Origin: Nageia nagi
Lineage: Eukaryota; Plantae; Pinophyta
Length of the DNA stretch: 64,000 nucleotides
Assembly: GCA_050084985.1 (NCBI GenBank)
Contig: JBITNC010000001.1
Span: 117,056,001-117,120,000 of the forward strand
Direction: 5' to 3'
Shown here in pieces: positions 11,826-25,046 of this stretch. Within the stretch, counting starts at the first letter, position 1, and each line of letters starts with the position of its first letter. The translations under genes were made by a program, and so were the position numbers. The notes beneath the pieces are model-generated. The model saw nothing but the letters and a program-made list of their open reading frames with translations, did no database searches and had not been told where the DNA came from.

Positions 11826-13811
11826 ATCCAACCTTTACTGAGTGTATATCAGTCCCAAAGTCATAAGCAAAGAGTACAACAGCAGACTCATTGTTATCAG
11901 CCATTAATGCAGCCCATACCTTCTTCATAACAGTCCAATTTTCATCACATACAACAGCACTCAAAGCTGAATCAAATACCCAAACATGCTTATTAAAGTT
12001 TGGAATATACACAATCGTCAACATGTGAGGTACTGTAGCCTTTCTCGTGTGCTCAGGGTCAAACAACAAGTCTGAAATGTTGCCAATAATAGCGGACTCC
12101 TTTCTTGACTCAGTCCATATCAAACACAAAATGAAATGAAAATATGTATCAACATTTCCCAAGTATGCAAACATGGTTCCTCAAACGACAACCATTGATG
12201 CCATGGTTTTCTCGCATGCAACCCAAATGAAGGTCATATCTCTGATGCAAATCATAGTAGGCACAAGGAACTCAGACCTATCACCATGTGCAGTCCCAAA
12301 TAATGTTGGATCAGCCACCCATATTGTAACAACTGTCCTCCCTGTTGTCCTCATGCGTTGCTCAAGTCCATCCTTGACAACATCCAGATATGCAGCCTTC
12401 AACTCATAGATAACAGCCTTCAATCCTTCACCAAATGATGTATCAACAGCACATTCGTAAACAACAGTCAAGGCTTCTTCGATTTCAGTCTCAAGGGTGA
12501 TAAGGAATGCAATCCTCCTCATAAAAACAGCATCTATCAATGTATTGTCTGCAGAATCTTTCGTGACGCCATTAGCACTTTCATTACCAAGATGATTCTT
12601 CAAAGATGGGGCGAATGGTACCAAGGCAGGAATCAACTGTTTAAGATGCACCAACTCTTCCTTCAAGTCTGATTTGAAAACCTTCATGCTTTCTATTGGG
12701 GGCTTTTTCTTTCCTACCCTTGCTGATTGGCAAATAGTATCACAAGGCCTTTGGAAAGACTCCAACACCTGAGTGGTAGGGCGTGACCTCTACCCGCTAT
12801 GAGATTTTGACCTCAAAGGTTTGAAAGTGAAGGGTACGAGGGTTCACTCAAGTGATAAGGTGGAGATGTTTGAAGCTGTTACCAACTCAAATAATATTTG
12901 TTAACCAAGGACTCAAAGGGTCCCTAATCCAGCAATGGTTGTTTCTCAAGAAAAGAGGAAAAAGAAAATATTTGTTGCGAAAGCCATGCAAAAAAAAATT
13001 AAAAAAAAAAAGAATAGAAAGGGGTTTGTGAGAAGACGGTGGTATATGAATTCAGCTCTAGGACAATGTTTTCACCAACTAGTATGGATTTCAAAGTTTG
13101 GACTCGCACGGGTTTGGCCTAGGTTCCACGCATTCCTAATCCGGCTTGAAAGGCAACGACACGAGTGTCCTAACAAGACGAGCTTGAAGCGGAGGTGATG
13201 GAGAAGTAAGATAAGATGTGGGTGAAACTCAAACACGGAATGAAGTTCCTAGATTAAACGGCATATGCAAGACATCTTAGAAGACACTAATCCAAAGTGC
13301 AAACTATGGAACGTTACAACCATACACTACTTGAAATGTTTCAAAAGATTAAAAAGCACTCTTTTGTCCACCTTTAATAGATTTACAAAATGTCCTAAAC
13401 ATTCAAGATAGCATAGAAATATAACACACATTCACATCCATAGTCTCAAATGAAAATATTACTCACTTCAATTACTTGGAATTTATATCACAATCACAAA
13501 AGGGAATCTTGCAAGTTTGAAAGTATCATGTAAGTAGCCCAATTTGCAAAAATGTCTAATCCCCTTACAAATGAGCCCAAATGGGCTATATATAGTTTTG
13601 GTGGCAACACAAAGTGTTGCCATAACCCTAATTGCAATTTCCAAGAAATAAAGTATGGTCCATCAAAAATACGCCACATGGCATCACAAGATATCATCCA
13701 AGTTTGTGGGAGAAAATCCTTATCCATCACAAACTAGGGAATTTATTAATAGTTAAATAAAAGTTTTTCCAAAATAATTATGAGATATAATAATAAAAAC
13801 AAATAATATGG

Positions 13812-16800
13812 CTAGGCGGTTGGTAGGCCCAACACCTCAATACATCCCTCAAAGTCATCCAAATATTTAGCCGTAAGCTCCAATCCGTGCAGCATCTCTG
13901 ACAACTTTGATCCATTCTTCACCACATAGCACTCCACTTTCTCAACGATCTTCAACATATCCCTTTTCCAAGCATGAGCTTTGTGTAAGTGCTCCAAGTG
14001 ACTGCCAATCTGGAAGGTGTTGATTTGCCTTGTCGTTAAGCTTTTGGATGTCCTCCTGAACTTCTTGAAATCGAGTGGCTATTTGGTTAACCACTCCCAA
14101 ATAAAACCAATACTCCTCACAAAACTTCACATCCTCCAAGCTTCGATTCTATGTCATTTCGAATTGCATGATCATGGGCCTTTTAGAATCCAAAATCCTG
14201 AGAAGACTGGTTCTCTCCACTACGATGTCTTTGAGCTTTTGTTTTTCAAATTCTACCCTCTCCAATGCCCCAATAAACTGTTGTACTAAGACCTCATCTA
14301 AATGCTTTTGTTTAATTGCAATCATACCCTCCTTGAGCGGTTTCATCTTTCGGAGCTACTCTGTGGGTACCTTAGTCGATTCTAACTCTATTGTCAACTT
14401 CTTTAGTGCGGCTAACTCCTTCTTGAGGCTTTTGATTTCTTTCTCTTTCATCATACCATCCTTGGTGATGGCCTCAGCATTGGAGATGATTGCATGTTTC
14501 CGACCAACCAAACCACTTGGATCGGTGTTGATGATTTGGCTGATCTATCTGAGGTCTTCAAGACGTTGTGGATTCTCCTTATCAGCTATTATAGTCTTGA
14601 TATGTATGGCATTATTAGCTGAGTGCACATATGTCTGGGTCTTCTCCGGGCAAGTGGAGCTCTCTACTATCTGATCATGCTTCCCTTTTGCCTCAAATTT
14701 TTCCCCAACATTCATGTTAAACACATCAAGACACTCCTCCATGTTGACACCCCACTCATTCGTGGGTGATGGCTAGTAAGTCTCCACAACTAGCTCTTGA
14801 ATGGTAGCAACATTTCTTTTTGCTCTCTTAGGGGTTCTCTCCCCTTCTTCATTGGGTTCACCAGAAACACCTATGACCCGTGACTACAAAGTTCTCTTCA
14901 ACCAAGCTCTCTTCTATACTATCGCTAACACTGGCTCTTTGTCCTTTCCTGTAGATGACTCTGATGTTGCTGGTTTACAGGTCCCTTCCAATATCTCCAC
15001 AGACTCATCCTGTTGTTATGCATTTAGAATTTCCTCATCCTAGGCTGCATTCATTTCCTACTCAGGTTCTGATTCTCCAATCTCCTCTTCTGCTTGATTC
15101 TCGTCTGGTCTGTACAAGGGACTGGAAGATGAAGACCCGGATGGCGGAACAATGGGTGAAGGCCCTGCTGTTATGGTTCTTGGTGGTCTGGACAGAGGAG
15201 ATGGATCTTGTTGTTTGTTCCTGACGCACCTCACCACCTTGTCTATAGCCACACATTCTAACTCCCTTGTGTCATGCTCATCCATGGTGGCTTGTACTTG
15301 TTGTACCAATTGCTCAACTGGTTTCTTGCCACGCATAGACGCATATTGTCCAACTGGTGTCTCAACAACTGGAGGGAATTGTGTGACCCTGAAGGTAGAC
15401 TCTTGAGGTTTTCTCCTCTTATTCTGTGAGTCTTTTGTTGATGGTTGCTTCCACATGATGTTGTTGATCATTCGCATCCTTGTGTATTCTTTCTCTTATC
15501 TTCTTCATTTCTACCTCGTTGTTTATGTTCCGGAAAGGTTCTTCATCCGCTAATGGTTTATGCTCCTAAGTTTCTTCCTTTCCTTCATGAAGAACAAGTG
15601 CCTTCTGTGATCAGGGTCGTAGTGGTCAACCACATGCATCTTCTTGAAATTGAATCTAGCCAACTCTTCCTTCACGGTATCCACATTTGTCCAAAACTTA
15701 CACTAATATTCTCCCACAGTAATCGACAAATTAGATGTGGCAGATTTCTTCTGCCATACCTGCTCGTGTAGAAAGGCCAACTGCCTCATCATCTCCATCA
15801 ATAATAGTCTGTTGCTCACGAACCTTGGCAACTGATATGGTTGCACACCCATGTATATGAATGTAGGAATAGTGTTGGTGATGGAGGAAGAAGTCCCCAT
15901 GCTTCTTCAAATCATCTTGGGCTAAATTGGGGATCCTAGCAACCGTGATCTCACCCTTGAGCTCCTTGTCTATTTCATACTCCCATCCATCATTTTTCAT
16001 CACGAAACTATCCCATCTTCTCTCTAACTTCCATTTGCGGTAGCACTTCCAAATGGAATAGATCCCTCTTTCTATCCAAGCTGTCTCACCCTACGTTGTA
16101 GCTCTATATCTGTCGTGTAGCAACATGTACATCAAGTTGAATTGAGGTAGAATTTGCATGTAGTACCTATGGATGACAACTAATCAGCTATGGTGTCCTT
16201 CAACACCTTACTCCATCTGATCCTCCTCCCTCTTCCTTCCCGAGAACTCTGGACAACAACAGAATCATCAACTCGACTGCAAGGTAGAAGTTGGAGCAAG
16301 GAACATTGATGAGCACATTTCCTTTCAGTCCATGGTGCTCTTCCAACATCCAGCTCTTGATAGCAACGGCTGCCCTAGGAGTCTCCTAGTAGCATGCTAG
16401 TGACTTAGCCTTGCTATACTCAACATCACCTTTAGAGGTCCACTGAAATGTTGTGTTAATGACGTCCGAGCTGAAGTCCATTATGATGTCTCCTTCGATG
16501 TCTAGAAGGACTCTCCCCTTTCTACCAGTGGTGACTGACTTCCATGCACAATTCAGGAAATGGGGTTGTAAATGGGACAAATTCGCAAGTGGAGAGTCCG
16601 AAGAAAAAGACAATGTCCTACTTCAGGTTAGTGGTGGGAAGGCCACGAATGCTCTCCCTTATCTGCATAGGGTCAACGTTTTGCCAATCTATATTTCCGA
16701 TGGTTGCAAAAGCATTCCTCGAGAATTTGGGCCCTTTGGGAAGGGCTTGTTGTCTCTCACGAATGGAGGTGACGCAATCCTGTTTCAACCACTCGCGATC

Positions 16801-16842
16801 CCTAGCGAAGTCTAGGGCTGAATTACCCTTGGAGGAGGTCAT
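13812..16842 (-). pseudogene. Decayed unknown ORF in B2
   Basis: Fragments MTSSKGNSALDFARD..., PYQLPRFVSNRLLLM, MKPLKEGM..., LHGLELTAKYL align with B1 fragments. Confidence 0.8.
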
Positions 16843-17204
16843 GGTATTCTTGCTTGCAACGTTGCTCCTCAAGGGTTGTGCGTGGGTTTCCAGGTGAAGA
16901 TGATGCCTACGTTGGAGGAGCTTGCCTCCCAAGGGCTTGCGCAAGCCCTAGGAAACACAAAAATCTGCAATTTGCTGTAATTTTGGCACAAGAGTCGAAG
17001 AGGAGCGAATTTTGAATTTAAGAAAATGAGGTCCTTAGGATTGTATTTATAGCCCATCTAGCTTCCAACTTGACCTAGTCAGCTAGGGTTACTAACAAGC
17101 ACCATCTTAGCCTTCCATCTGGCTGACCTTGAGATGTGTGCTGGCCCAAAAACTCATGCAAAGCTGCCTGTGCCCAAACATTGGGGTTTTGAGGATCAAA
17201 CTAG

Positions 17205-18165
17205 CTTAGCGCATGCTAAAAAAAGACAATTGTGACTTTTAAAAGCATACGCCAGCCCTAGGGTGAACATACTCCCAACGTTGGGTCTCTTGATTGATTA
17301 CTTGCTTGGCTTGATCATCAAACTCACCCATCAACCTGATTCTCCTGATTTGTGGTTTCCGCATCAGCTAGACTCAACAAATTTGATCTTTCACCTCAAC
17401 TTAGGCAACCTGTAAGCTTGGCACATGCTTCCAAAAGTCAAGTTTGTGACTTTTTGAGGCATGCGTTAGCCTTGCCTACCCGTCTAGCCTAGTTGCATGG
17501 TTCAAAAAGGCAAGATTTTGTCTTTTTGAAGCATGCGTCAACCTCCAAATGGCCTAATTTTCGAAATTTGATGCTTAAGAGTTCATGCCTTTGCCAAATT
17601 TGTCTTTGCCTAGTCCTAGAGGCTTTCTGGGCTTGGTGCATGCCTCAAAAAGTCAAGAATCTGTCTTTTGAGATCATGAGCCAACCCCCTGGGTATGCTT
17701 GAACTGATCTTGGGGTTCCCGGGCTCATGACTTATCAAATTTTCACTTTCACTCAAATTGGAAGCCCTTCTGGGCTTGGCACATTGTTCAAAAAGACAAG
17801 ATTTTGTCTTTTTGAGGCATGCACTAGCCTCCTGGATGACTAAGGTTCATTTTCCGACGTTCAAACTTGTTCAACTCGTCCTCCTGGCCAAGTCGCATGG
17901 TTCAAAAAGACAAGATTGTCTTTTGAAACCATGCACCAGCCTTGTTGTGGCTTTGCCTTAGATTTTTCATGCTTCACTTTGATCCATCCTGCTTCATGTG
18001 GTTGGCGCATGCCCAAAAAATACAAGATTTTGTCTCCTGGAGGCATGCGCTAGGCTTGCAAGTACCCAGATCCCATCTTCGAGCCTTCCTTCCTGTCTGG
18101 ACGGCCCCCAAGCCCAGTCCCATGGTTTCAAAAGACAAGATTGTCTTTTTGAAACATGCGCCAAC
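17205..18165. repeat. Palindromic ~45-bp repeat array in B2
   Basis: gcatggttcaaaaagacaagattttgtctttttgaagcatgcg units, same motif as in B1. Confidence 0.85.
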
Positions 18166-18554
18166 CCTTAGAGGCGCCAAGTTTGCTTGATTGGGCTCCG
18201 GCTCTTCTTAGACTCCCTGGTTCCCCTAAAATCGACTTTATGCTCTTCCAGACTTAGCCATTTTTAAGAATTTCAGAATTTCTAACCTAGTATGACTAAC
18301 CCTAGACGAAGAATGAGGCTTGAACCAAAGAGGGATTTATTCATGAACCCGGGTCTTTGTGACACAACTTGGGTGGGGCAAGATGACGACAAATGGAGTA
18401 TATACACGATGCGTTGAGGGTCCCCAAAATCATAGAATTTTAGGGCATGTGTTTTAATCACAACACTTTCATTTTCATTCTCCAACCTTCTTACTCTCCC
18501 ATTATGTGCAAACACATCTGGATCCCATGGAGCTAGGAGACTATTGCAATTCAC

Positions 18555-18803
18555 ATGAAGAATTGATATTTATTATTTTGATATTCATGATAAATTGATA
18601 ATTGATATATGATTGAATTGATAATAACAAATTATAATGAATTTGAAACACTGAAATCTCTAAAATCTGAAAATTCTGGGATTTTTTACTGGTATTATAT
18701 CCAACATTCCATTGCCGTTCCAAAGGCATTTCCTAAAAATGGCCTCCGGTTGTTCCCCTACCCGGGAACGCGTATCTAGTTCCCCAATTCATGTGTAACC
18801 TTG
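18555..18803 (+). mobile_element. Right-end remnant of the same hAT family
   Basis: Similar to ~1700-1949 and ~51950-52195; ends atgtgtaaccttg; left end missing. Confidence 0.65.
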
Positions 18804-19492
18804 GATTTAATAGTGACTAGGAAAAGAAGAATATTGTGTAAGTGTGATAGAATATTGTGTACATGTGTATATGTTAAAAAAAGATGTAACAAATATGTTA
18901 TTTGCAAAGAATATGTAAGTTGTCAGGAATAATAAGTGGTGGTGTTTTGGGAAGGCATATGTAAATCTATAAAAGGCCATGAGATCAACCAAAATGGAGC
19001 TTGGAGAATTGTATTGTATTTCTACAAAGGAAGTTGTCCCCTCAAATAGGTCCATGATATTACAATAAAAAATGTCTTTCATGCCGTTTCCATGTCTTCT
19101 TTGGTTTATCTATTGTGTGACTATCCAATTTGTTTTGCTAATTTGTGCCTTTTGTGCTAAAGTAATCTTCACTGTAGAGTACAACATCAATCTTAGTCGG
19201 TCTGCCTCAGTCAATACCATAGGAGAAATTCTGTCTACAGGTACAAACAGTCTAGATCTTGAAACTTGCATAATTTATGATCGCTTAATAAAGAGCAAGA
19301 GATCAGCAACAAAAATTAACTACTTTCAAAATGAGAGAACAAATAGATGACCACTTCGATAAGTTCATACACATTAAATGGTTCTCTTTTTCAGAAGTGC
19401 ATTGCTCTACTTCTCTATTCTCATTTTTATGAAGCAACCACAGTTTGACTCGGAGCATTCACAAGAGTGAAGAAAGCAATCCAGGTATGTAC

Positions 19493-19585
19493 CCGAGCTG
19501 AATACAATATCAAATCATCTTTGTTGAGCTTGAGAGAGTGACTGCTTCCAAATGATGCAAGATTTAGAGCTGCACGCGGTTCTGC
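19493..19585 (-). CDS. RNJ: Ribonuclease J internal exon F (31 aa)
   Basis: gagcag|[31 protein letters not shown]|gtac; completes the GSQAEP motif; the next exon (expected VIPGNE...) was not found in the window. Confidence 0.92.
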
Positions 19586-19677
19586 CTGCTCCAGAATAAG
19601 CTCAGCATAAGTTTACGGAAAAACCATACTTATATAAATTGATGAAATGCTCTTTACAAAGCCCTCTAGTAAACCAC

Positions 19678-19743
19678 CTGTGAACCTGTTGTGATAATAA
19701 GAAGATCTTTAGGTGCATAAGCATCCATGTACTCCGGTTTGAT
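19678..19743 (-). CDS. RNJ: Ribonuclease J internal exon E (22 aa)
   Basis: tggcag|IKPEYMDAYAPKDLLIITTGSQ|gtgg; TTGSQ motif; follows a 20,490-nt intron. Confidence 0.92.
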
Positions 19744-21851
19744 CTGCCATGAAAAGACAATCATAAGCTACTAATTAAAAATAGCCCTTAGGGCCTTGTG
19801 CAAATAGTTAAACAAATGGATTTCACCATGGACATGGAACCCACTCTTAGTCAACCTCTTGGTCAAAGATAAAACCTTACAAATGTAGAAGAATGCAACC
19901 ACTTATGGTCAAAGAGTGGCAACATGAACAAACATCCCCAGTCTGAGAATGACAACCCGCTAAGAGATAGCATGGCACCCAAGCTATGAAATGTCAATAA
20001 ATAAAACTGACGACGTAAGGAATTGGGCACGAAGCAAGAAAACAGCAAATTGTTTGGTTTTCTTACTTTATAGAAGAGTATTATTTATCAAAACAAAAAG
20101 CAGTGATCATAATAGCTAACCATAAATTGCTCCAATAGAACAAAAAAAATACAGTAGTGGCCACTACGTAAAAGAAATTTCTGATTATCAAACTTTCATT
20201 TCTCAATAGCTGTTTACCAGTTTGTTCTTCCTGCTATTTGTATTTCAGCTGGCCTCATTTATGTTAAAGGTTTACAAAATGAGATAATCATATTCCCAGG
20301 GTACTCGACAAGTGCTAAATACAAGTAGCCATGTTTAGCCATTTGTCAAGATTGATTCCCTACTCCACATTTTAAATACAACTGAAGTAATTAACAGGTA
20401 AGAAAAAATAAGAAGCCGAACACGTCATTTAGCAAGAAGAGAGATACAGTCTGAACTTCCATATGTTGTTGAATATAAAGTAGCTTTGGTCTGGTTGAGT
20501 CATCATATCCAGTAATTGATGATTTTACTTGGAAGGGCATCACGAGAAGAGAATTTCTCCACATATCCTTATTCAAAACATGCAAATGCTTCATTAATTT
20601 CTGGGTTGGGTTCTGTTGGGATGCTTTTCTTTTCCTTGTATACACTCTGAAAATCGCGCGCAGAACTTGGGAAATCCCAAGCAACATAGTCAGGAATGCG
20701 TTACCAATTCCCCCATTTGAAAAGGACTTATACCTCCAAGGCTCTTGTTGAAACAACTTCCAACATTGTGATGTTTAAGGTATGCCCACTAAGTGTGTTC
20801 CTGGTCTAGGGATAGATAGAGAAAATGCAGCATCCCTCTTTGGAATCAGCCTCAATGGAATCGAGTGAGAGGTAGTAGTTTGTTAACCAATGTTGTTTTA
20901 TTCTTTGATGTATAGAGTTTATTCAAAACCTTTGTGTGTGGACTTAACGATTGTATTTGGGTTTGAAAGCATAAATAAAGCATGAAGAAAACATAAAGGA
21001 AATACAGTAAAAGGTGAAGGACAACAACTTGGAGAAGGAATGGATACTTGGTTGGATATGAGTTTGAGGTTTACTAACAGGAAAGTGTCTAAGAGTTTAT
21101 TGCTTCCAATTCGGTTAAGGACTCTTCATCCAATTCATCCAACCTTGCAAGCAAACAACTCAGCATTCGAATTGCTTCAAAGAGGAGCGGGGAGGAACGC
21201 CAATTGTTGGTTCTCTACGAATGGGACTGATGCAATTGAATGGAAAACGATCGGTTTCAAAGCAAAAGAATCATAGTTTTGGTTGAAGGACCTAACAAGA
21301 TGTCATGAAAGTAGAAACTAACATAGAATACCCAATCAACTTGAATGTTAAGGATCAAGCAACAAGCATAGGTAAGCTTCAGGCACTTTTTAAAATTTTT
21401 CAGAGGTAACTTCCCTAAAACTCGAAAGCTTTCAAAGGAATAAAATGAAAGTGCATAAACCAACTATAAATGTCCTCAAAGATTCAATCCATAACAAGAA
21501 TATGGAAAGTATCAAACTTAAGTCTTTGCATAACCAATTTGTATTATATTTGAAAAAGGAGGTGCCAAGATTTACAATAAGCTCTCAATTCTCAAAAGTT
21601 TTCTCTTCAAGACTTAAGTGTTTGCTTGAGAATGAATTCCTTACAAAAATGAGACCCTTGGTCTCTTACTGAGTTTTGGAAACCTTAAAAGTGGCTTTTG
21701 AAATATAGTTTCAAAATCCTAATCTCTAATTGCGAAATTAAAAGCTAATTGAAAATGCTAATGGAGATTACAATTGAACTTAGTGGAATCCACTAAGTTA
21801 GCCAATATTTGGCTTACAAATCAAAAATTTGCCAAAATAGACCCCTTTCTA

Positions 21852-24800
21852 TTATGGCGATTGTGGGAAGATGACTTGTACATTTTTCGCGATTTTGGCT
21901 ACAAAGTCATCTCCCATTAACACTTCTATATTCCTGATGGCCTGATGGATCATCTGAAGGACTCCTTTGTTTGGTAGCAGGTGCTTCAAGATGGCCTTAT
22001 TGGTTTTGACCATTTCCTTGCACCATGTGACAAGTCTAATTCCTCCTTTCATCTATCTTCAGGCTATGTGGATCCTCGAGACATAACTGTTTTGCAATGG
22101 CGTCGTGGACTGTTGTCATCACTGTCATACTCCTTGATGTTGTCATTTTCCTCAAACAAAGGTACCTTGAATTCGTGTTCCCTTGCCTGCTCACTGATAA
22201 CGACTTTGAGTTGAGTCCTAGCGTATATGAAGTTGGTAGATTTGACTTTTATGTAGAACAAATAATCATACAATTGGAACCAATCTATGCAAAAATCTAG
22301 CACGAATGGATGATGAGAAGCCCTTCTCCGTAGGTCAAACATTGTGGAGTACCCATTCTTCCATCTGATGATCAACTGGTCTAACCTTTTCGCCTGAGAA
22401 TGCGACCCCTCCTCAATATAAAAATTTGTCATGCTTGAGTGGAGTGCTTTGATAGCCTCAATAAAATCCTTGGTCCATTCTTGCTTCAGGGCGATGATTC
22501 CAGTGTTTAAGTCAACTTGCTTTTTGATGTCTTCAACTATCAAATTAGCAGCCTTGACTTCTTTGTCAATCATCTCCTGACTAGCCACTTTCTTCTTCAG
22601 TTCCCAGATCTCTAATTTGAATAATGTATTGGATTCCCTTAGCGCCCATGCATTAGTGATAATGCTATGCTCCATTCCCAATGGGCCAACAATCTTTGTA
22701 GGGGCCTCTTCTATTTCAACTGTGAGAGCAAACTTTTCGGTACCAACCTTTGTTCTTTCTGGAGTAGAGCTTGTCCTTGTAGGTGACTTTACCTACAGTG
22801 GTGGTGAGAGTATCAATCTGCTGAAATTCCTCATTTTCATCTTCAGAATCTTCTCCTTCACAGGGATGATTTGAACTCAAGTTAGCCATCACTGCAGCAA
22901 TGTCGAAGCGGGGTTCCATAGGTTGTTTTCCATAAGGAACCATTTCTCCGTCTTCAATGATTTCAATGTCATGCTCTACTTCTCTTCTTTTTCTTCTCTG
23001 TTCTTCATCTTCTCCTTCATCTTCCGAATTTCCATCATCTCCCCCTGAAGATGATGCCATTGTCCTGGGTCTTGATGTACCCTTTTGTGTTGGTGTTGTC
23101 GCAATCCTCTAAGATGGTGGTGTTTGTGATGCCTGTTTTTGAGGAGCGAACTTTGGGGTGCCTGCTCCTGCTACCTATTGTACAACCATATCAATCGAGA
23201 GATTGTTTTCATCAAGGATCTCTACCGAGTGATCAGTGTTGACCCTATCAAAAGCAATATCTCGGTTTACTTCCATGTTGGTGTCAATGATTGCATCAAG
23301 ATCCATCTCTTCATCGGACTCTGACAAGCTACTTGGTCCATACTTGTTAGAACTGGACGATGATGTACTGGGGTTTAGATTCAAGCGCATACCACTCCGA
23401 TTCAAACCTTGTGGGAGATCCATCTTTTCTTGCAAGTGTTTGAATTGTTGAGAGATCAAACCTACTCTTCTGAGGTCCATGATGCCATTCTTCGTACCCA
23501 TGACAGTTGTTTCAATGGTTTGTCCGAGGATGCTATTGGTAGCATACTGCCCATTTTGTCCTTGAGCCAACGTTACTGAGGGTGATATTATGGAATAACA
23601 TACCCATGTGGCTCGGGGATACAATGACCTGTGCATTGGCTCTTAACCTGGCAGCTTCTTCGACTTCCCGTTGTTTTTGTTCTTTATTCAGCTCCTTGTG
23701 AATCAATTGAACCTGCAAGGTGTCCGAAATGTTCCTGTACCTCTCAATACTACCAAGGGACTGATGTGGATATAATGAGCTCCATGTTTTCTGAAAAAAT
23801 GTATCAATCACTCCATTTGGATCATAGTCATCCGCTACTACCTCGGTTGGGAATTCATACAACGCTAGCTCTTGTTTAATCATATCAATCTGAGGCCAAG
23901 TGGTGCATTCATAATTCCCAATGACGACAGGTAATTGGTAAGTGGTCGCCGCCTTTTGTACCCAAACCTTGTCGTGTACATTAAGCAAGTGTCTTGAAAA
24001 TTTCATTAGGATGAGGTGATCACTTGCGTAACGGGGTAGCTTGTAAGGAGCTTCTTTGGAACCATATACCCTGAGGTAGGAAAATTCTATGTCCTCCATG
24101 AAGAAGTCCGCATGTCCCTTGATAGTAGAAACAACTTCATTGGATATTCTGCATACATTAGCTCTACCCATGATCTCTTCATAGATTTTGCCTTCAAAAC
24201 GGTAGTCATCATCTTCCAATGGTCGTCATTCCATTTATTGTGAGCATAGAACCGTGGGTAATTTTCCCACACTGGATGTGTGGGGTCATACAAATATTTG
24301 GTATTGGCAATTGAGGTTACTCTCTCCCTACCATGAAGTAGGTAAACCAAGTAGGAGTTCATGTAGAATTTCTTGCTCCTTTGAATGTTTTTCAATTGTT
24401 AAGCCAAGGAATCGCTAATCACTCTACTCCACCTTATGCCTTTACCGCCACTGATGAGATCTATAAACCTAGCGAATTCCAACCAGAGTTTGGTGTCATC
24501 TTTCTGTCCGGCCACTCTGGAAAGCATTGACATAATTCTGGAGACTACAAGATAGAATTCTCCTCTATTAGGCATTGCTAAAGCTCTCCCTGTGAGGTGC
24601 TTGTGATCATTGGCCAACCAATCTCTGATCAAATCAGATGGAGGTTTCAGACTTTTGTAGAACCTCAAGGAGTCCTACATGCTATATGATACACCTTCGC
24701 TTGTCCAAGCGAATGCCCTTTCTATTCCTTTCTTAGAGAAATCCATGATCACCTCGTTTTTCGTATCGAAGAGTCTCCACCTTCGGTTGTCGCAATGCTT

Positions 24801-25046
24801 TCCTAGCTCATAGCACAGCTCAAGGAAGGGGGTAGCAAATGGCACCATAGAGGCTGTCACTAGTAAGGAGTTTTTCAATGGGTCCTTTACTAGTGTAGCC
24901 GGATCCATCAACTGTATTTTCATCAAAGTTTTAATGGGGTCCAAGGAGTTACAATCTATGTCCCCAATTTCACTCAATTGGTCAATGATCCTTGCAACAG
25001 GCATCACAGGCTCCATTGTATATTCGAGCGTGATGGGGTTGTCCAT
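21852..25046 (-). pseudogene. Decayed unknown ORF in B3
   Basis: Fragments 24675-25046, 24399-24668, 24087-24395, 23533-24219, 23175-23636, 22716-23060, 22064-22681; N-terminal half shares motifs with B1 (KFYMNSYLVY, GKGIRWSRVISDSLA, PYKLPRY). Confidence 0.8.

Larger units (their letters stand above)
12694..18465 (-). mobile_element. Giant ORF-carrying solo-LTR-like element, copy B2 (5772 bp)
   Basis: Minus-strand ends TGTTGTGATT...CCCCCAATA; perfect 5-bp TSD ctttc/ctttc; reverse-complement homolog of B1. Confidence 0.9.
9959..18540 (-). mobile_element. Truncated non-autonomous Ty3 element (family A): 3' LTR 9959-10933, polypurine tract (PPT), internal region split by B2
   Basis: PPT gagaggggaggctt then TGTGACGACCCC at 10933 (-); ORF 10909-12174 ends LLEGKQFERGG like a chromovirus pol tail; frame RRLENENES|MKVFKSDLKEE is restored if B2 is removed. 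Confidence 0.75.

Noticed and set aside
12181-12768. 195-aa ORF as a real gene
   Set aside because: Chimeric: its first ~25 codons come from the end of B2 reading into the interrupted host element
1-19492. Further RNJ exons (downstream VIPGNE..., and upstream VIPALD...TME in 49836-64000)
   Set aside because: Searched by eye and not found; presumed outside the window, though a short exon could have been missed
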